A stretch of DNA of 64,000 bases from positions 24,490,001 through 24,554,000 of the forward strand of contig OY740798.1 in NCBI GenBank assembly GCA_963514005.1, written 5' to 3'. This document shows positions 1 through 13,492 of this stretch, in pieces; the first letter of the stretch is position 1, and every line of letters starts with the position of its first letter. The DNA is from Raja brachyura (taxonomy: Eukaryota). The notes beneath the pieces were generated by a model that worked only from the letters and a program-made list of their open reading frames with translations, had not been told where the DNA came from and did not search any database. A program made the position numbers and the translations under genes.

Positions 1-139
1 GCCTAAAAAATCGCCTTTGTGGGATAGGCCCTTTACTGAAACTAGCCTCATCTTTTTTTAAGATAACATAGTGCCTTATTATCCCCCGTTCGCATCTCAC
101 CATCTACCTTTCATTCCTCCAACGTGGGATGCTTTCCCC

Positions 140-1560
140 TTACATGTTATCGCACTTTTTAAGAAAGGCGGGATAGAGAAAACAGGGAATTATAGACCAG
201 TTAGCCTGACATTGGTGGTGGGGAAGATGCTGGAGTCAATTATAAAAGATGAAATAGCCGCACTTTTGGATAGCAGTAACACGATCGGTCCGAGTCAGCA
301 TGGATTTATGAAGGGGAAATCATGCTTCACTAATCTTCTGGAATTTGTTGAAGATATAACTAGGAAAGTGGACAAGGGAGAGCCAGTGGATGTAGTGTAC
401 CTGGACTTTCAGAAAGCATTTGATAAGGTCCCACATAGGAGATTAGTGGCACATGGTATTGGGGGTAGAGTGCTGACAAGGATAGAAAATTGGTTGGCAG
501 ACAGGAAAGAAAGAGTAGGGATTAACGGGTCCCTTTCAGAATGGCAGGCAGTTACTAGTGAGGTACAGCAAGGCTCGGTGCTGGGACAACAGCTATTTAC
601 AATATACATCAATGATTTGGATGAAGGGATTCAAAGTAACATTAGCAAATTTGCAGATGACATAAAGCTGGGAGGAGGGTGCTATGAGAATGCAGGGTGA
701 CTTGGACAGGTTGGAGGAGTGGGCCGATGCATGTCAAATGAAGTTTAATGCGGATAAATGTGAGGTTATCCACTTTGGTAGCAAAAACAGGAAGGCAGAT
801 TACTATCTAAATGGTGTCAAGTTGGGAAAAGGGGAAGTACAACAGTATCTGGGGATCCTTGTTCATCAGTCTATGAAAGTAAGCATGCATGTACAGCAGG
901 CAGTGAAGAAAGCTAATGGCAATTTGGCCTTTGTAACAAGGGGAGTCGAATATAAGAGCAAAGAGGTCCTCCTGCAGTTGTAGAGAGCCCTAGTGAGACC
1001 ACACCTGGGGTATTGTGTGCAGTTTTGGTCCGCTAATTTGAGGAAGGACATTCTTGCTATTGAGGGAGTGCAGCGTAGATTTACAAGGTTGATTCCCGGG
1101 ATGGCGGGACTGTCATATGCTGAGAGAATGGAGCGGCTGGGCTTGTACACATTGGAGTTTAGAAGGAAGAGAGGAGATCTCATTGTAACATATAAGATTG
1201 TTAAGGGTTTGGACACGCTAGAGGCAGGAAACATGTTCCCGATGTTGGGGGAGTCCAGAACCAGGGGCCACAGTTTAAGAATAAGCAGTAAGCCATTTAG
1301 AACGGAGACGAGAAAACACCTTTTCTCACAGAGAGTTGTGAGTCTGTGGAATTCTCTGCCTCAGAGGGCGGTGGAGGCAGGTTCTCTGGATGCTTTCAAG
1401 AGAGAGCTAGATAGGGCTCTTAAAAATAGCGGAGTCAGGGGATATGGGGAGAAGGCAGGAACGGGGTATTGATTGGGGATGATCAGCCCTGATCACATTA
1501 AATGGCCGTGCTGGCTGAAGGGCCGAATGGCCTACTCCTGCACCTATTGGGTATTGTCTA
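140..1560 (+). mobile_element. CR1 (HER1-like) LINE, 5'-truncated RT and 3' UTR
   Basis: NYRPVSLT, YLDFQKAFDKVPH, QGSVLG, FADD, RTRGHSLR; frameshifted. Confidence 0.95.
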
Positions 1561-3015
1561 CATTCAACCTCCCAAAGTGCACCACCTAACACTTGCTCGG
1601 ATTAAATTTAATCTGCCATTTCTCCGTACATTTCTGTAGCTGATCTATATCCCGCTGTATACTTTGACAGCTTTCCTCACAGTCCACAACTCCAGCATTC
1701 TTGGTGTCATCTACAAACCTATGAGCAAACCCATCTCCATTTATGTCCAAGCGATTATATATATCACAAATAACAGAGGTCCCAGCACAGATCTCTGCAG
1801 AACTCCACTGGTCACAAACATTCAATCTGAGGAATGCCCTTCCACCACAACCCTCTGTCTTCTATAAGCCAGTTCTGAATCCATACGACCAAGTCACTGT
1901 GAATCCTGTGCATCTTCTGGAGCAACCTAACATGGGGTACTTTATCAAATGCCTTACTAAAATCCATGTACATAACATCCACCCTCATTGATCACCTTCA
2001 TTACCTCAAAAAAATAATCAAGTTGGGAAGACATGACCAAAGAGTATCTTTGGACATGACCTGCTGCATACAAAGCTATGTTGACTGTCCCTAATTATCC
2101 CATTCTCTTCCAAATGGGAGTAAATCCTAATCGAAGAATCTTCTCCAATAGCTTTGGTTATTGGAAAAATTTGGGAATCATGAGTACGATGAGTAGGTTA
2201 TAGTCTGTTTAATTTTAGAGCTCACATACTGGAGAAACAGGATGGGAAAATGGCCAACATAGGGTATTAGGAGGGCAATTTGATGTGCCAATGTATTTAG
2301 CTCGGCACAGCTTGCTTAGATAGAATAACATTGGAGGTTGTAAACCTGGCTGAGAGTAATAAAATACCCTGGAAATGGGTCTTTTGCCCATTTGTAAATT
2401 ATGGGAGAGAGGTGTTCAAATTAAAAGGAAACAAAGTTAAAGATATCTCCAGGGAAAGACAGAGATGAATGGTTACACATACATTGATTAATGATGACTT
2501 CTTTCAGGTCCACAAGTAACCATTGTGTCATGAGAATATAAAATGCTGTAGGTATTGTGATTCTTTGAAACACTTTGGGTTGTCTCAGAATGTTTTCAGT
2601 TGCGCACTGTTAAGACCTTTAATAAACCAACTTGTTAGATAGACTCTCCACTGATTTATGATTTGTGCCCATGCCTATCCAAGTAAAGGCATATACAGGG
2701 TACGGATGTAGCACAACATTCCCCCCTACAGCTTCCCTCCCACAGATAGGAGGCTCACCGGATTCTCTCTTCTTAAACAAAGGACAAAATTGGCTACTCG
2801 CCAGGCCTCCAGGATCTCACCTGTGGCTAGGGAAGATACAAAGATCTTTGTCAAGGCTCCTGCAGTCTCCTCTCTTGTCTCTCTTACTCTCCAGTCCTCC
2901 GGGATCTCGCCTGTGGCTAGAGAAGATGCAAAAATCTTCGCCAAGGCTCCTACAGTCTCCTCTCCTATCTCTCTTAATAACCTGGGATAGACCCCATCAG
3001 GCCCTGTGGATTTAT
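1560..3015 (-). mobile_element. CR1 LINE fragments, interrupted by a solo-LTR-like insert
   Basis: KSTGPDGVYPRLLRE...IPEDWR and RFVDDTK...WQIKFNPSKC on the minus strand. Confidence 0.85.
2155..2730 (+). mobile_element. Candidate solo LTR inserted in a CR1
   Basis: TG...CA ends; 4-bp TSD GCTT (2151-2154, 2731-2734); TATAAAA near 2538 and AATAAA near 2621; CR1 sequence resumes on both sides. Confidence 0.6.
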
Positions 3016-3793
3016 TAATGTTCTTCAGGAACCAAAACATCACCATCAGTAGTACTGGTGTTAGTAGTACTCTTCCCATTTAGTTTATCTATTAAACTAT
3101 CACCAGAAAGTATTTTTGTCATGTTATCTGCTAAGTTAAGAAACACAAGAAAGGGGAAATCTTCCGGCTGTGGATGGAGTGAGAGCACACATATGGAAAT
3201 GGAGGAAATGCGTGTGGGAATTCCATCGACACACAGCAGTGGGAAGCAGTTTCCAAAAGAAAGCTGGCATTTCAGATGTCCAACAGGGGAAAGCTTCATC
3301 TTTGGTCCACGGATTTTGCTTGACCTGCTGAGTTCTCCCAGCAGTTTATTTGTTGCACTAGATTCCAGCTTCTGCAGTGTCTCGTGTTTCCATTAAATAT
3401 GCAAAACTTGTTCACTGGCAGTATACTTTAGACATGGTAACTCAGTGCAGCAATGAGACTGTTTACTTGGAGGTGTTCTACCTTGAATGCATCATTGACC
3501 AAAATCTGAGTTTGTTTTTGTGGGAAGACAACATCATTTGGTATCATTCACAGGATCACTAATTGTGCAACTTTCATGATTAACTCTCCTTCCTAAGCCA
3601 ATACCCCATAAACAGATCCACTGGGGTTACTTATTCAGTGAGTGTGGGATTTTAAATTGATTGCCATCTTGTTCTATCAACAATAGAAACACAAACAAAA
3701 ATGTATTCACGGTCTGAAAAATTCTTTGTGATCTCTAAAACTTGGCACACTACTATATTAAATAATTTCATTTTTTGTAAGGAATGATTCTAC

Positions 3794-3916
3794 CTTCAGA
3801 TGGTGAGCAGTGGTATAGAGTCTTCCACATCCCTCATATTCACAACGAAATGCTTTTTCTCCGAGCTGTTGAGCTTTGGCACTAACCCGCCCTGTCACAT
3901 GACCTTGAAGAACAAT
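3794..3916 (-). CDS. ZNF143: ZNF143 exon 8 ([41 protein letters not shown]; start of zinc finger 1)
   Basis: 123 nt; AG acceptor 3917-3918, GT donor 3792-3793; phase 0/0; C-x4-C finger start. Confidence 0.96.
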
Positions 3917-4169
3917 CTTAGAAAACAGAACAGCAGTAGATTAGTAAAAGTAAAATAGTACATTAGCATTGAATTTCCTATTATTGTGATGTTAATAATT
4001 TGCCATTTCCATGATAAATGACAATAATTTATAATTTATTATTTATAAATCACACAAACATGGATAGCGGATTGTCAGGACAACCAGATGTTATTTCCAT
4101 TGATACTCCAACATTATTTAACGTTATATAGTAGAATAATAAATATTCCTTTGAGTTTAGGAGGCACCA

Positions 4170-4473
4170 AAGCTTCAGTGATGCAGCACTGGAGTGGCTG
4201 CTTCACAGCACCAGGGACTCCGATTCAATTCTGACTACGATTGTTATCTGTACTAAGCTTGTACGTTCTCCCTGTGACTGTGTGGGCTTTCTCTAGGTGC
4301 TCCTGTTTCCTCCCACACTCCAAAGAAGTACAGGTTTGTAGGTTAATTGACTTCTATAAAATTGTAAATTGTCCCTAGTGTGGAATAGTGCTGGTATACG
4401 GTGTGGTCGCTGATTGGCTTGGACTTGGTGGGCCGCGGAGCCTGTTTTCACACTGTAACTCTAAAGTCTAAAG
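4170..4473 (+). mobile_element. tRNA-derived V-SINE (HE1-like)
   Basis: Decayed A/B-box head, V-domain (gtacgttctccctgtg...tttcctcccacactccaaag), ctaaag tail. Confidence 0.8.
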
Positions 4474-5249
4474 AGTCAGTTGGAAGCAATAAATGTGGGC
4501 CTCAATGAGCTGTTTGGGAGTGAGGAAAGTGGGGCCCCGGTGAATCATTAGGGATACATCAACTGTAGCAAACATCAAGTTCTAAGCTAGATGCCAAAAT
4601 ATTGAAATTACTGAATTACTAAAGCACCACAGTAATTGTATTCATTAATTTACAACGGATCATCTCAGAATTGCTAGAAGACTGATATTTCTTGATCTCA
4701 TTATGCGAGCATCTGTGGATATTATAATGTTCACCTTTAAAATGGTCTGGTGGAGGAGGGGAGTCGAATTATCCCACAGTTGAAAGTAAGTTGATATGTT
4801 AAATTCAAGCACAAACCGTTGAAATATTTATTTTCCCCAGTTTCATCCAGATTAAACCCGACATCCATTATCTGTTTTAAGTCATTGCTACTCTACAGCT
4901 AATGTTCTTTAAAACAATCTGAAGTGTGAATGTCCCAACACATTACATAACTGAAAGGAGAGGCAAAAATAATAAAATTATGTTTGAGGGAATTTCTGAG
5001 AGTACCCAGTGATCTATTGACACAAAAGAAAAGAGTCAAGATTTCATGCTGAGATCCTGCATCAGAATCAGAAATGCTGATACAAATCTTTTTCCTCCAC
5101 AGATGCTACTTGATTTGAGTTCTTCCAGCAGTTTATTATTTTGCTCTAGATTTGAGCATTTGCAGTCTCTTGTTCTGCCTTTCTAAACTCTTGATTAACC
5201 TGGTCAAGTAATGGTCTATCATTCTGTTATTTAAAAATACATTACTACT

Positions 5250-5492
5250 TTCATTTACATGACATTGCTGTGCTCCAAACATTATGGTGCCCTGAAATGG
5301 GGGGGACTATGTACAAACACTGCTGTAATTTCTACATAATGAAACCAATATGTGTAAAAATGCCCTTTATTAAAATATGACAATGTGCACTTTAACCACA
5401 TGTGAATGTTTTCTATTACAAATCTCAAATTGTGGAGCAGAGGCAAATAAATAAATGATGGGTCTTTGTCCCAAACATTATGGAGGGCACCG
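5250..5492 (+). mobile_element. Solo right TIR of the second Tc1 family
   Basis: Matches 23731-23969; ends tggagggcaccg|TA. Confidence 0.88.
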
Positions 5493-5494
5493 TA

Positions 5495-5975
5495 TGTGTT
5501 AAAAGTATGTCTTAGTGTTCCTTGGTTTGTTTTATGTGGGTGGGGGTTGGGGGAATCTTTTTTTAAATCTCTTACCTCGACGGAGATGTGATTTTTTTCC
5601 GTATCGTATCTCCGTCCCCACTGCGGCCTAACATCGTAGAGTTGGCGGCCTTTCCTGGAGACCGACAGGCGCTCCAAGTTTGCGGGACTTTAATATCACG
5701 GAGCTTGCGATCCCTTTGCCGGGGATCGAAGCTCCAACCACGGGGCCTGTGGACTTTAACATTGTGCGCAGTCTCAGATAAGAAGAGGCCAACTCGGGAG
5801 CTCCATGCCGCGGAGAGTTTCAACCACCCCGACGTGGGAGGTTCGATCACCCCGATGGGGGCTTTGATCGTCCGCTGCGGGGGGCTTTGATCACCCCAAC
5901 TGCAGATGGTTTGACTGCCCCGACCGCCGGGGAACAAAGAGGAAGAAGACTGAACTTTATTGCCTTCCATCAAAG
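5495..5975 (+). mobile_element. Partial copy of the same non-autonomous retroelement family
   Basis: Shares ...gcggcctaa...gagttggcggcct and aacaaagagg-aaga...ttgccttcca blocks with the reverse complement of 42484-43505. Confidence 0.65.
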
Positions 5976-7489
5976 GATGAAAAAAAAAAAAATTCAACCC
6001 TAAATTTGTAATTAAAAAAATAGAAACAGGGGTATGCTATTTGGTTCCTTATCCATCCCCCACCATTCAAGAAGATCACGGCTGATCTTATAGCTCAGTA
6101 ACACTTTACTGGACTAACTCAATATCACCTAAAAACAAAAATCTATTATTCTCTGTCTTGTACAGACTTCAATACTTAACCTACACTGTGTTCTTGGCTA
6201 AAGAATCACAATGATTTTGTACCTAACTGCTTGCTATCTGTTACCTTTCAGTGACTTCTGTACAAGGACATCCAGGTCCCTCTGAACATCAAAATATGTC
6301 AGTCTTTCATATTAAGAAAATCAGGAGTGAGTGCAGGAAAGAGGCACCGAGATAAAAGATCAGTCACAATATTGATGATTGGTAGTACTGGTCTACATCT
6401 GATTCCATTTCTTATGTTCCTATGATCTCACCATTTTGTAAAAAAATAGTATTTTTTATACTTTTTGTGAAACCAAGGTGGATGATTTCACACTTTACTC
6501 AATTATAGTGCAGCGTGAAATCATCCACCACCTTGCTCATTCACTTAGTCATACAAAAACTCCAAAATCTTTTGCATAATTTTCCCAATTTACACTGCCA
6601 TCCAGCTTTGCATCATCACCAAACTTGGATAAATGACACCTGGTTCAGTCATATTAATATTAATAAAAGTATGGAACAGCAATGAACCCACGAAGATGGA
6701 CGCAAAATGCTGGAGTAGCTAAGAGGGTCAGGCAGTGTCTCTGGAGAAATGGAAGAGGTGACATTTCGGATCGAGACCCTTCGTCAGTCTGAACCAGCAT
6801 CGGCAGTTCCTTGCTACATCGGCGCGAACCCACTGTACCCTCCCAGTAACAGAATCTCTCAACCTGAAAATAACCATTTCCCACAACCATTTTCTCTTTG
6901 CTTACATATTCTAGATTATTGCTAGAATATTACTTCCAATCCCATGTGGTTTAATTTAATAGCCTCCATCTTATGGCATCTTACAATGGACCTTTCAAAT
7001 GTCTTTACCCTAACATACTGTATGAGAAAACATTCAGAAGAGGCAAATTTTTTAAAAATGAGGAAGATTTAACCCCCAGTCCCGTCTTCATATTGACATT
7101 GCTAATAGCACCAACTGACCATTTTAGAACTTAATTGAAAATACAAATTAATTCAAAGGTTTTCTGTAGAATCTACCCATCAATCGAGATGAGTTTACAA
7201 ATCATTCGAACATCATCCAACAAATTTACACACTAAGTCTCTGACAGATTCTCAATTCCACACATCCCTTTCATAGGTATGGTCTACAAAAAATGTCAGC
7301 AACAAATTGCTCCTATTCATTTCTGAAAAATATTTTCTCTGCTCTCACCAGATAATTTACACATTAAGGCAGAAAGTTTTGAATTAAGTAAGCATGTTCT
7401 GCACATGCACACAGGATTACTGCATGATGAGCAAAAGTATCACTGTTCTACCCTAGTTAGTTCTTACTGAATTGCAATAATAGTCTTAC

Positions 7490-7564
7490 CTGCATTTTTT
7501 TTTCATGATCATTTTCATTCACCAGTCCTGTACTGCTGACACTCTCATTGCCATCAGCAGTTAC
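7490..7564 (-). CDS. ZNF143: ZNF143 exon 7 (VTADGNESVSSTGLVNENDHEKKMQ)
   Basis: 75 nt; AG 7565-7566, GT 7488-7489; ends in the conserved EKKMQ. Confidence 0.93.
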
Positions 7565-7902
7565 CTAGAGAAAAGTAAAATTGAATGCCGTCGTACAAAC
7601 GGTGATATATTTATGCTTAACAAATTCACGTTTTCTAACTGCAAAGATCGATCCTAGTTCCTAATATCTTGTTCCTTCTGTACTCAACCAATTTAAACTT
7701 CCCCTTTGAAGTTTTAAGTTACAATGGCGCTTCTTAGGACAATATTTAAAGGTTACAGCGATCGCTACATTCCTAAGAAACTTTGTATTATGGAAAATCT
7801 CATAGTAAAATTACTTCTATAAATTGTGAAAGGGGGGGTTAGGGGCTAGAGAGTTTCAGACTTGCAATAACAAAGTTATTTTTTCTGCAAAATTTTCAGC
7901 TA

Positions 7903-8266
7903 TGGATCCACCTCTGATTTTCCAGCACCCTTGGTTCCAGCGTTTCGCTGGACCAACAGAGGTCACTGCCTGGGGGGGGGGGGGGGCGAGATACCCACTC
8001 GCAAAATCGGCCACGGAAGTGAGTCATGGGAATAGATCAGCCGCTCCTGCCGGGCCGGAGTTCCAAACCGCTGTCACAAGGGGCAAACCACCCAACGATC
8101 AGCCGCGGATGTCGGATACGGGAACAGATCTGCCAGATCCGCCGCCCCATCCAGCCTAGGCGCCACATTTGGGGGGGGGGGGGGGGGGGGATTTCACTCT
8201 TGTCATTTTGTCTGGATTGACGGAGGTGCCGGACCACCAGTTGCCAGAAAAGAAGTGGTGGACCTG
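7903..8266. mobile_element. pogo/Tigger-like MITE
   Basis: TA-flanked imperfect TIRs (tggatccacctctgattttccagca / tgccagaaaagaagtggtggacctg). Confidence 0.6.
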
Positions 8267-8424
8267 TATAATTTTATTTTTGTGGCTGGAAGCTAAAACT
8301 ACCAAAGACTGTATGTTACATTGTTTAATAGTATCATTACACAAATGACAATAAAGCCGATAGCTTTTCAATTTCCTTGGCAAGCCATAGTAAAACTGGC
8401 AGCTTAACATCTTAAGAGATCTCC

Positions 8425-8955
8425 TCTCCTAATCTGAGGAAAGACATTCTTGCCATAGAGGGAGTACAGAGAAGGTTCACCAGACTGATTCCTGGGATGG
8501 CAGAACTTCCATATGAAGAAAGACTGGATAGACTCGGCTTGGACTCGCTGGAATTTAGGAGATTGAGGGGGGATCTTATAGAGACTTACAAAATTCTTAA
8601 GGGGTTGGACAGGCTAGATGCAGGAAGATTGTTCCCGATGTTGGGGAACGCCAGAACTAGGGGTCACAGTTTAAGGATAAGGGGGAAGTCTTTTAGGACC
8701 GAGATGAGAAGATCATTTTTCATACAGAGAGTGGTGAGTCTGTGGAATTCTCTGCCACAGAAGGTAGTTGAGGCCAGTTCATTGGCTATATTTAAGAGGG
8801 AGTTAGATGTGGCCCTTGTGGCTAAAGGGATCAGGGGGTATGGAGAGAAGGCAGGTACAGGATAGTGAGTTGGATGATCAGCCATTATCATATTGAATGG
8901 CGGTGCAGGCTCGAAGGGCCGAATGGCCTACTCCTGCACCTATTTTCTATGATTC
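8425..8955 (+). mobile_element. CR1 3' end
   Basis: LEFRRLRGDLIETYKI...RTRGHSL, then the 3' UTR and ttctatg tail. Confidence 0.93.
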
Positions 8956-9317
8956 TATGAGACAATGGTGTCTGATTACTATGGAGAGGATTTTTCCTGG
9001 ACTGTCTTTTCCCAAGACAACATTTTTCGCTTGTCAATTTCCAAGCAGTTCTCTCATCCCCAATCAAAATTGCATTCAAAGCAATTTGGCCCACATAATA
9101 CAAACAGTGTTCCCATATTCATTAATCACATTGTATCAAATTAGCGTTGTGGATATATGCGTTAAAAGAAAACTACCCGGAGACTGGGTAGAACTGTAAT
9201 TGTATTTTTCAACATTATGTTAAATATTAAAAATTTAAATATATATTACAGCCCTTCAAAAAGTCAAGATGAGGCATCATGTAATTTTACAGAATTGAGG
9301 TTGAAACAGTCAATTAC

Positions 9318-9514
9318 TTTTGTGGCATATTGCTCAAGCACACTGATGGTCTCAGGATCTACTGTGGTTTCCCCTGTGTGCAGTCCTGCCAGGGTACTAT
9401 CAGCTTGAACAGTGAGGATGGTGTCAGATTGTGGTACTTGTATCATATGGTGGATATAGGCAGTAGTTCCATCTTCCAGCTGCACAGCTTGCACTGCATT
9501 TGGATCATAGCCAT
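9318..9514 (-). CDS. ZNF143: ZNF143 exon 6 ([66 protein letters not shown])
   Basis: 197 nt; AG 9515-9516, GT 9316-9317; overlaps ORF-track entry 9264..9494. Confidence 0.97.
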
Positions 9515-9596
9515 CTTAATCAAGAAAATAAAGTAAATAATGAATTTACATTTTTGTGCAATAATCTAATTAGAAAATAAATCTTGAATAATTTAC

Positions 9597-9680
9597 CTTT
9601 TGGTGAATGATGAATAAATGCTGTTGATCCATCCTCCAACTGAACAGCCTGTCCATCCTCAAAACGCAAACAATCTCCTC
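9597..9680 (-). CDS. ZNF143: ZNF143 exon 5 ([28 protein letters not shown])
   Basis: 84 nt; phase 1/1; AG 9681-9682, GT 9595-9596; activation-domain repeat. Confidence 0.96.
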
Positions 9681-10407
9681 CTATAGGACAAAATCAGTAC
9701 AAAGAATACAGAATAATTCTTCTGGATTACTGAAAAAGAATCCCACAGCATTTGTCAATATCATTTATTTAAAGATTAGCAAAAATGACATCTTGTGCCT
9801 GTACACCAAACTGCTAACCAATATCCGTTATTAAAAACATTATACCATATATGGAATTTAGGAAGGGCAGGTCTTGGCATCCATTTTGATGTCTTCAATA
9901 GTTTCCATTGCCAATCTTGTTAAATATCCAAATCCAACATATTAAGAATGACTGCACAATTATTACCCATGATTCATTTAAACTAAAATTTTGATTTGTG
10001 ATTTTTATTTGATTATGACATAAGAAGAACCGTTCTATCCCCCTGCACATCTAGTTTATTTTCAAACACCTGTGAGTCTGCAAACCTAGTTTATCTTTGC
10101 ATTCAAAAGGCAACACTTCCATAAATGAAGGACTTCCACAGTAATACAGTAGAGTCAAGCTAGATAATATGTTCAAAACCTACAAGCTAATTCAGAAGCA
10201 TGAGATTACCATCATAGATAAATAAATGCTTACAGTGTTATACTTGATTCAGGTAGCAAAATATGGGTTCCTACTGAGAACTGATGGACTGTTTCTTTTC
10301 TCATGCTAAGTTCTGCTAATAACTTAGAGAATAATAGACTAGCAAATCTCCAAAGTCATCTAATATTGGCAGCTGTAATCCATACCAGAAAAAGATACAT
10401 GATACAT

Positions 10408-10577
10408 ATTGGCTATATTTAAGAGGTAGTTAGATGTGGCCCTTGTGGCTAAATGGATCAGGGGGTATGGAGAGAAGGCAGGTAAGGGATACTGAGTTCG
10501 ATGATCATATTGAATGGCGGTGCAGGCTCGAAGGGCCGAATGGCCTACTCCTACACCTTTTTTCTTTGTTTCTATGA
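10408..10577 (+). mobile_element. CR1 3' tail fragment
   Basis: Near identical to 8782-8950. Confidence 0.9.
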
Positions 10578-11204
10578 ACATTCAGCAATCTTGTTATTTA
10601 TTGACTCCCATTATGATTTCACAGTCATGTTTCATGTCTTTCCAGGTTTACATTAAGAAAATGGAGGCCTACACATTCAAAACACTGTCCTGAATTTTGT
10701 GGCAGGAAAAGCAAAAATATTGCAATTCACTGCCATTACTCGGACAACTGTGTCATAACAACAATTTTCAGATTTTCATATTTCCAGTTTGATTTAAAAA
10801 TCCCAAAGACTCTGATACTGATACATTGTGCCTTCATACACAGTGCAATTTGCAACCCTTACTAGCTTTCCATATCTGAAATGAATTGACATGATAAGAT
10901 CTCCAGCCTTTTATGAATTAGTGCAATTCTAAAATAATCCAATAAAGTTAATAATGACTCGGTATGGCAAAATAACAAACTGATTTACACTTCTCTCTAC
11001 AATTGTGCTAGCTCATACTTGATATGCATATACATCACAATTATACCTGTTAATTGCATTTATTACTTTTAATTCTTATACCCTTCCATATCTTAAAACA
11101 TCATTTCTAAGTGACCCAGGCACTAAGCCATTGTCAGTCTTTAAGATTTCCAAGTTAACCCAAGCAGGTGAGAATCCTAAGGTTTATACCAACATTGGCT
11201 TGTC

Positions 11205-11700
11205 TCCAATGACTCACACAGATTCTACAGATGCACCATAGAAAGCATGTTGTCAGGTTGTATCACAGCTTGGTTTGGGAACAGGTTTGCCCAAGAATGC
11301 AAGAAATTGCAGAGTTGTACATGTAGCCCAGTCCATCACAGACCAGACTACCCACCATTGACTCCACCTACACCATGTTGATTCGAAAAAACAGCCAACA
11401 TAATCATAAACTTGTCCCTTTCTTATCAAGCTTCAGAGCGATCCTTCCATAAGCTAAGCTACCGTCTGATTCACTTTTGTGAATCATTGTAGATATTGGA
11501 CTTTGCCCATGGATATGATGCACTATAATGCCGAGATCTGATTCACTACAATGTTGGGAACTATATTCTGCACTCTGTACCATACCGTTTGCTCTACCAA
11601 ATGAACGGGTCTGACTTGACTGTACTTATCATTTGATCTGAATGGATAACATGTAAAACAAAGCTTTTCATGGTATACATGAGAATAATAAACTTGAACC
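11205..11700 (+). mobile_element. Rex1/Babar-like LINE 3' fragment
   Basis: Encodes FYRCTIESMLSGCITAWFGN, typical of the Rex1 ORF C-terminus. Confidence 0.7.
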
Positions 11701-11925
11701 CAAAACTGAATGAATCTTGCAGGTTAACCAAACTGCTCAATGCCAGGGATCCACAATGTTGCTGACTCCAAATTCTGGACCGATGAGACAGTTGGATTTT
11801 TGCTTTCAGTATCTTAACAAATATTCATGGCCGACAATTAGACATTAATGCAGCAGTTTAAAAAAAAAAACGTTGATAAAAAGTGAGACGCTCGAGAATT
11901 CAGAGAAAATTATCATATCACTCAC

Positions 11926-12009
11926 CTGATTTTGGTACTGAAACATGTTGTACATATGCTGCAGAACCATCCTCTAGTTGAATAACTTGGCCATCAACCA
12001 ACTTCCCAT
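11926..12009 (-). CDS. ZNF143: ZNF143 exon 4 (DGKLVDGQVIQLEDGSAAYVQHVSVPKS)
   Basis: 84 nt; phase 1/1; AG 12010-12011, GT 11924-11925. Confidence 0.96.
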
Positions 12010-12344
12010 CTGAAATAGATGACATGCATCATATAGGTACATAACTTTTTTTCATTTATTAAATTTCACTATAAGTGTCTCACATGGATCAGGAAAGTCT
12101 CAAGTATTAATGACCAATCAGGTTTGAGATATCTGCTTTCAGTTAAGCCCAAATGGAGTGCTAAAATGGGCGCCGTCTGTACAATAAGATGATCAAAATT
12201 CAACTGTTATTTCTGCTCCTGATGAGTTATCACCTGCTCCAAAGGTGGTGGAATGGGGAGGGGGTAGTGTCAGATGTGCTTTAGTACCCACCATTATTAA
12301 ATAATCTTTTGGCTCTTGAATATACAAATTTGCTCAGTACAATG

Positions 12345-13232
12345 AGCTGTGGATAATGAAGTAGATTTTCAAAGTCTACAGAGAGATTTGGGCCATTTGG
12401 AAGAGTGGGCTGAAAGATGGCAGATGGAGTTTAATGCTGATAAGTGTGAGGTGCTACATCTTGGCAGGACAAATCAAAATAGGACGTACATGGTAAATGG
12501 TAGGGAATTGAGGAATGCTCGTGGAACAGACAGATCTAGGAATAACTGTGCATAGTTCCCTGAAGGTGGAATCGCATGTAGATAGGGTGGTAAAGAAAGC
12601 TTTTGGTGTGCTGGCCTTTATAAATCAGAGCATTGAATATAGGAGTAGGGAAGTAATGTTAAAATTGTACAAGGCATTGGTAAGACCAATTCTGGAGTAT
12701 GGTGTACAATTTTGGTCGCCTAATTATAGGATGGATGTCAACAAAATAGAGAGAGTACAGAGGAGATTTACTAGAATGTTGCCTGGGTTCCAGCAACTAA
12801 GTTACAGAGAAAGGTTGAACAAGTTAGGTCTTTATTCTTTGGAGCGCAGAAGGTTAAGGGGGGACTTGATTGAGGTCTTTAAACTGATGAAAGGGATAGA
12901 CAGAGTTGACGTGGATAAGCTTTTCCCATTGAGGGTAGGAAAGATTCAAACAAGAGGGCATGACATGAGAATTAAGGGACAGAAGTTTAGGGGGAACTTC
13001 TTTACTCAGAGAGTGGTGGCTGTGTGGAATGATCTTCCTGCAGAAGTGGTGGAGGCAGGATCGATTTTAACACTTAAAAGTAAAGTGGATAGGTATATGG
13101 ACGGGAAGGGAATGGAGGGGTATGGTCTGAGTGCAGGTAGATGGGACTAGGGGAAAATAAATGGTCGGCACGGACTGGAAGGGCCGAGAAGGCCTGTTTC
13201 TGTGCTGTAATTGTTATATGGTTATATGGTTA
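12345..13232 (+). mobile_element. CR1 LINE 3' part (different subfamily)
   Basis: WQMEFNADKCEV...LVRPILEYGVQFWSP...TRGH; (gttatatg)n tail. Confidence 0.93.
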
Positions 13233-13492
13233 ATGAGATACCAATGGACAGTTGAAGCCTTTGGAATTGTACCCCAGCACAAAATTGGCAGATGTGGAGG
13301 GGTGTTGATGAGTTATTCTTTATTTTTCTGTGACGAGTACACATTTCGCTCCTCAGATGTTAAATAGATTGTTTAATCTCACCCTATAGTTGGAGCTGCA
13401 GGAAAAACCATGCTAATGGCCAAGCTAGCATATATACATTCATTAAACAATAGAATTGTCACAAACTAGAAAATTGTCAAGAAAATGCATAC

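Noticed and set aside
1-3790. ZNF143 exon 9 (VHERxHTG...)
   Set aside because: No matching zinc-finger coding sequence was found on the minus strand; it must lie beyond the left edge.
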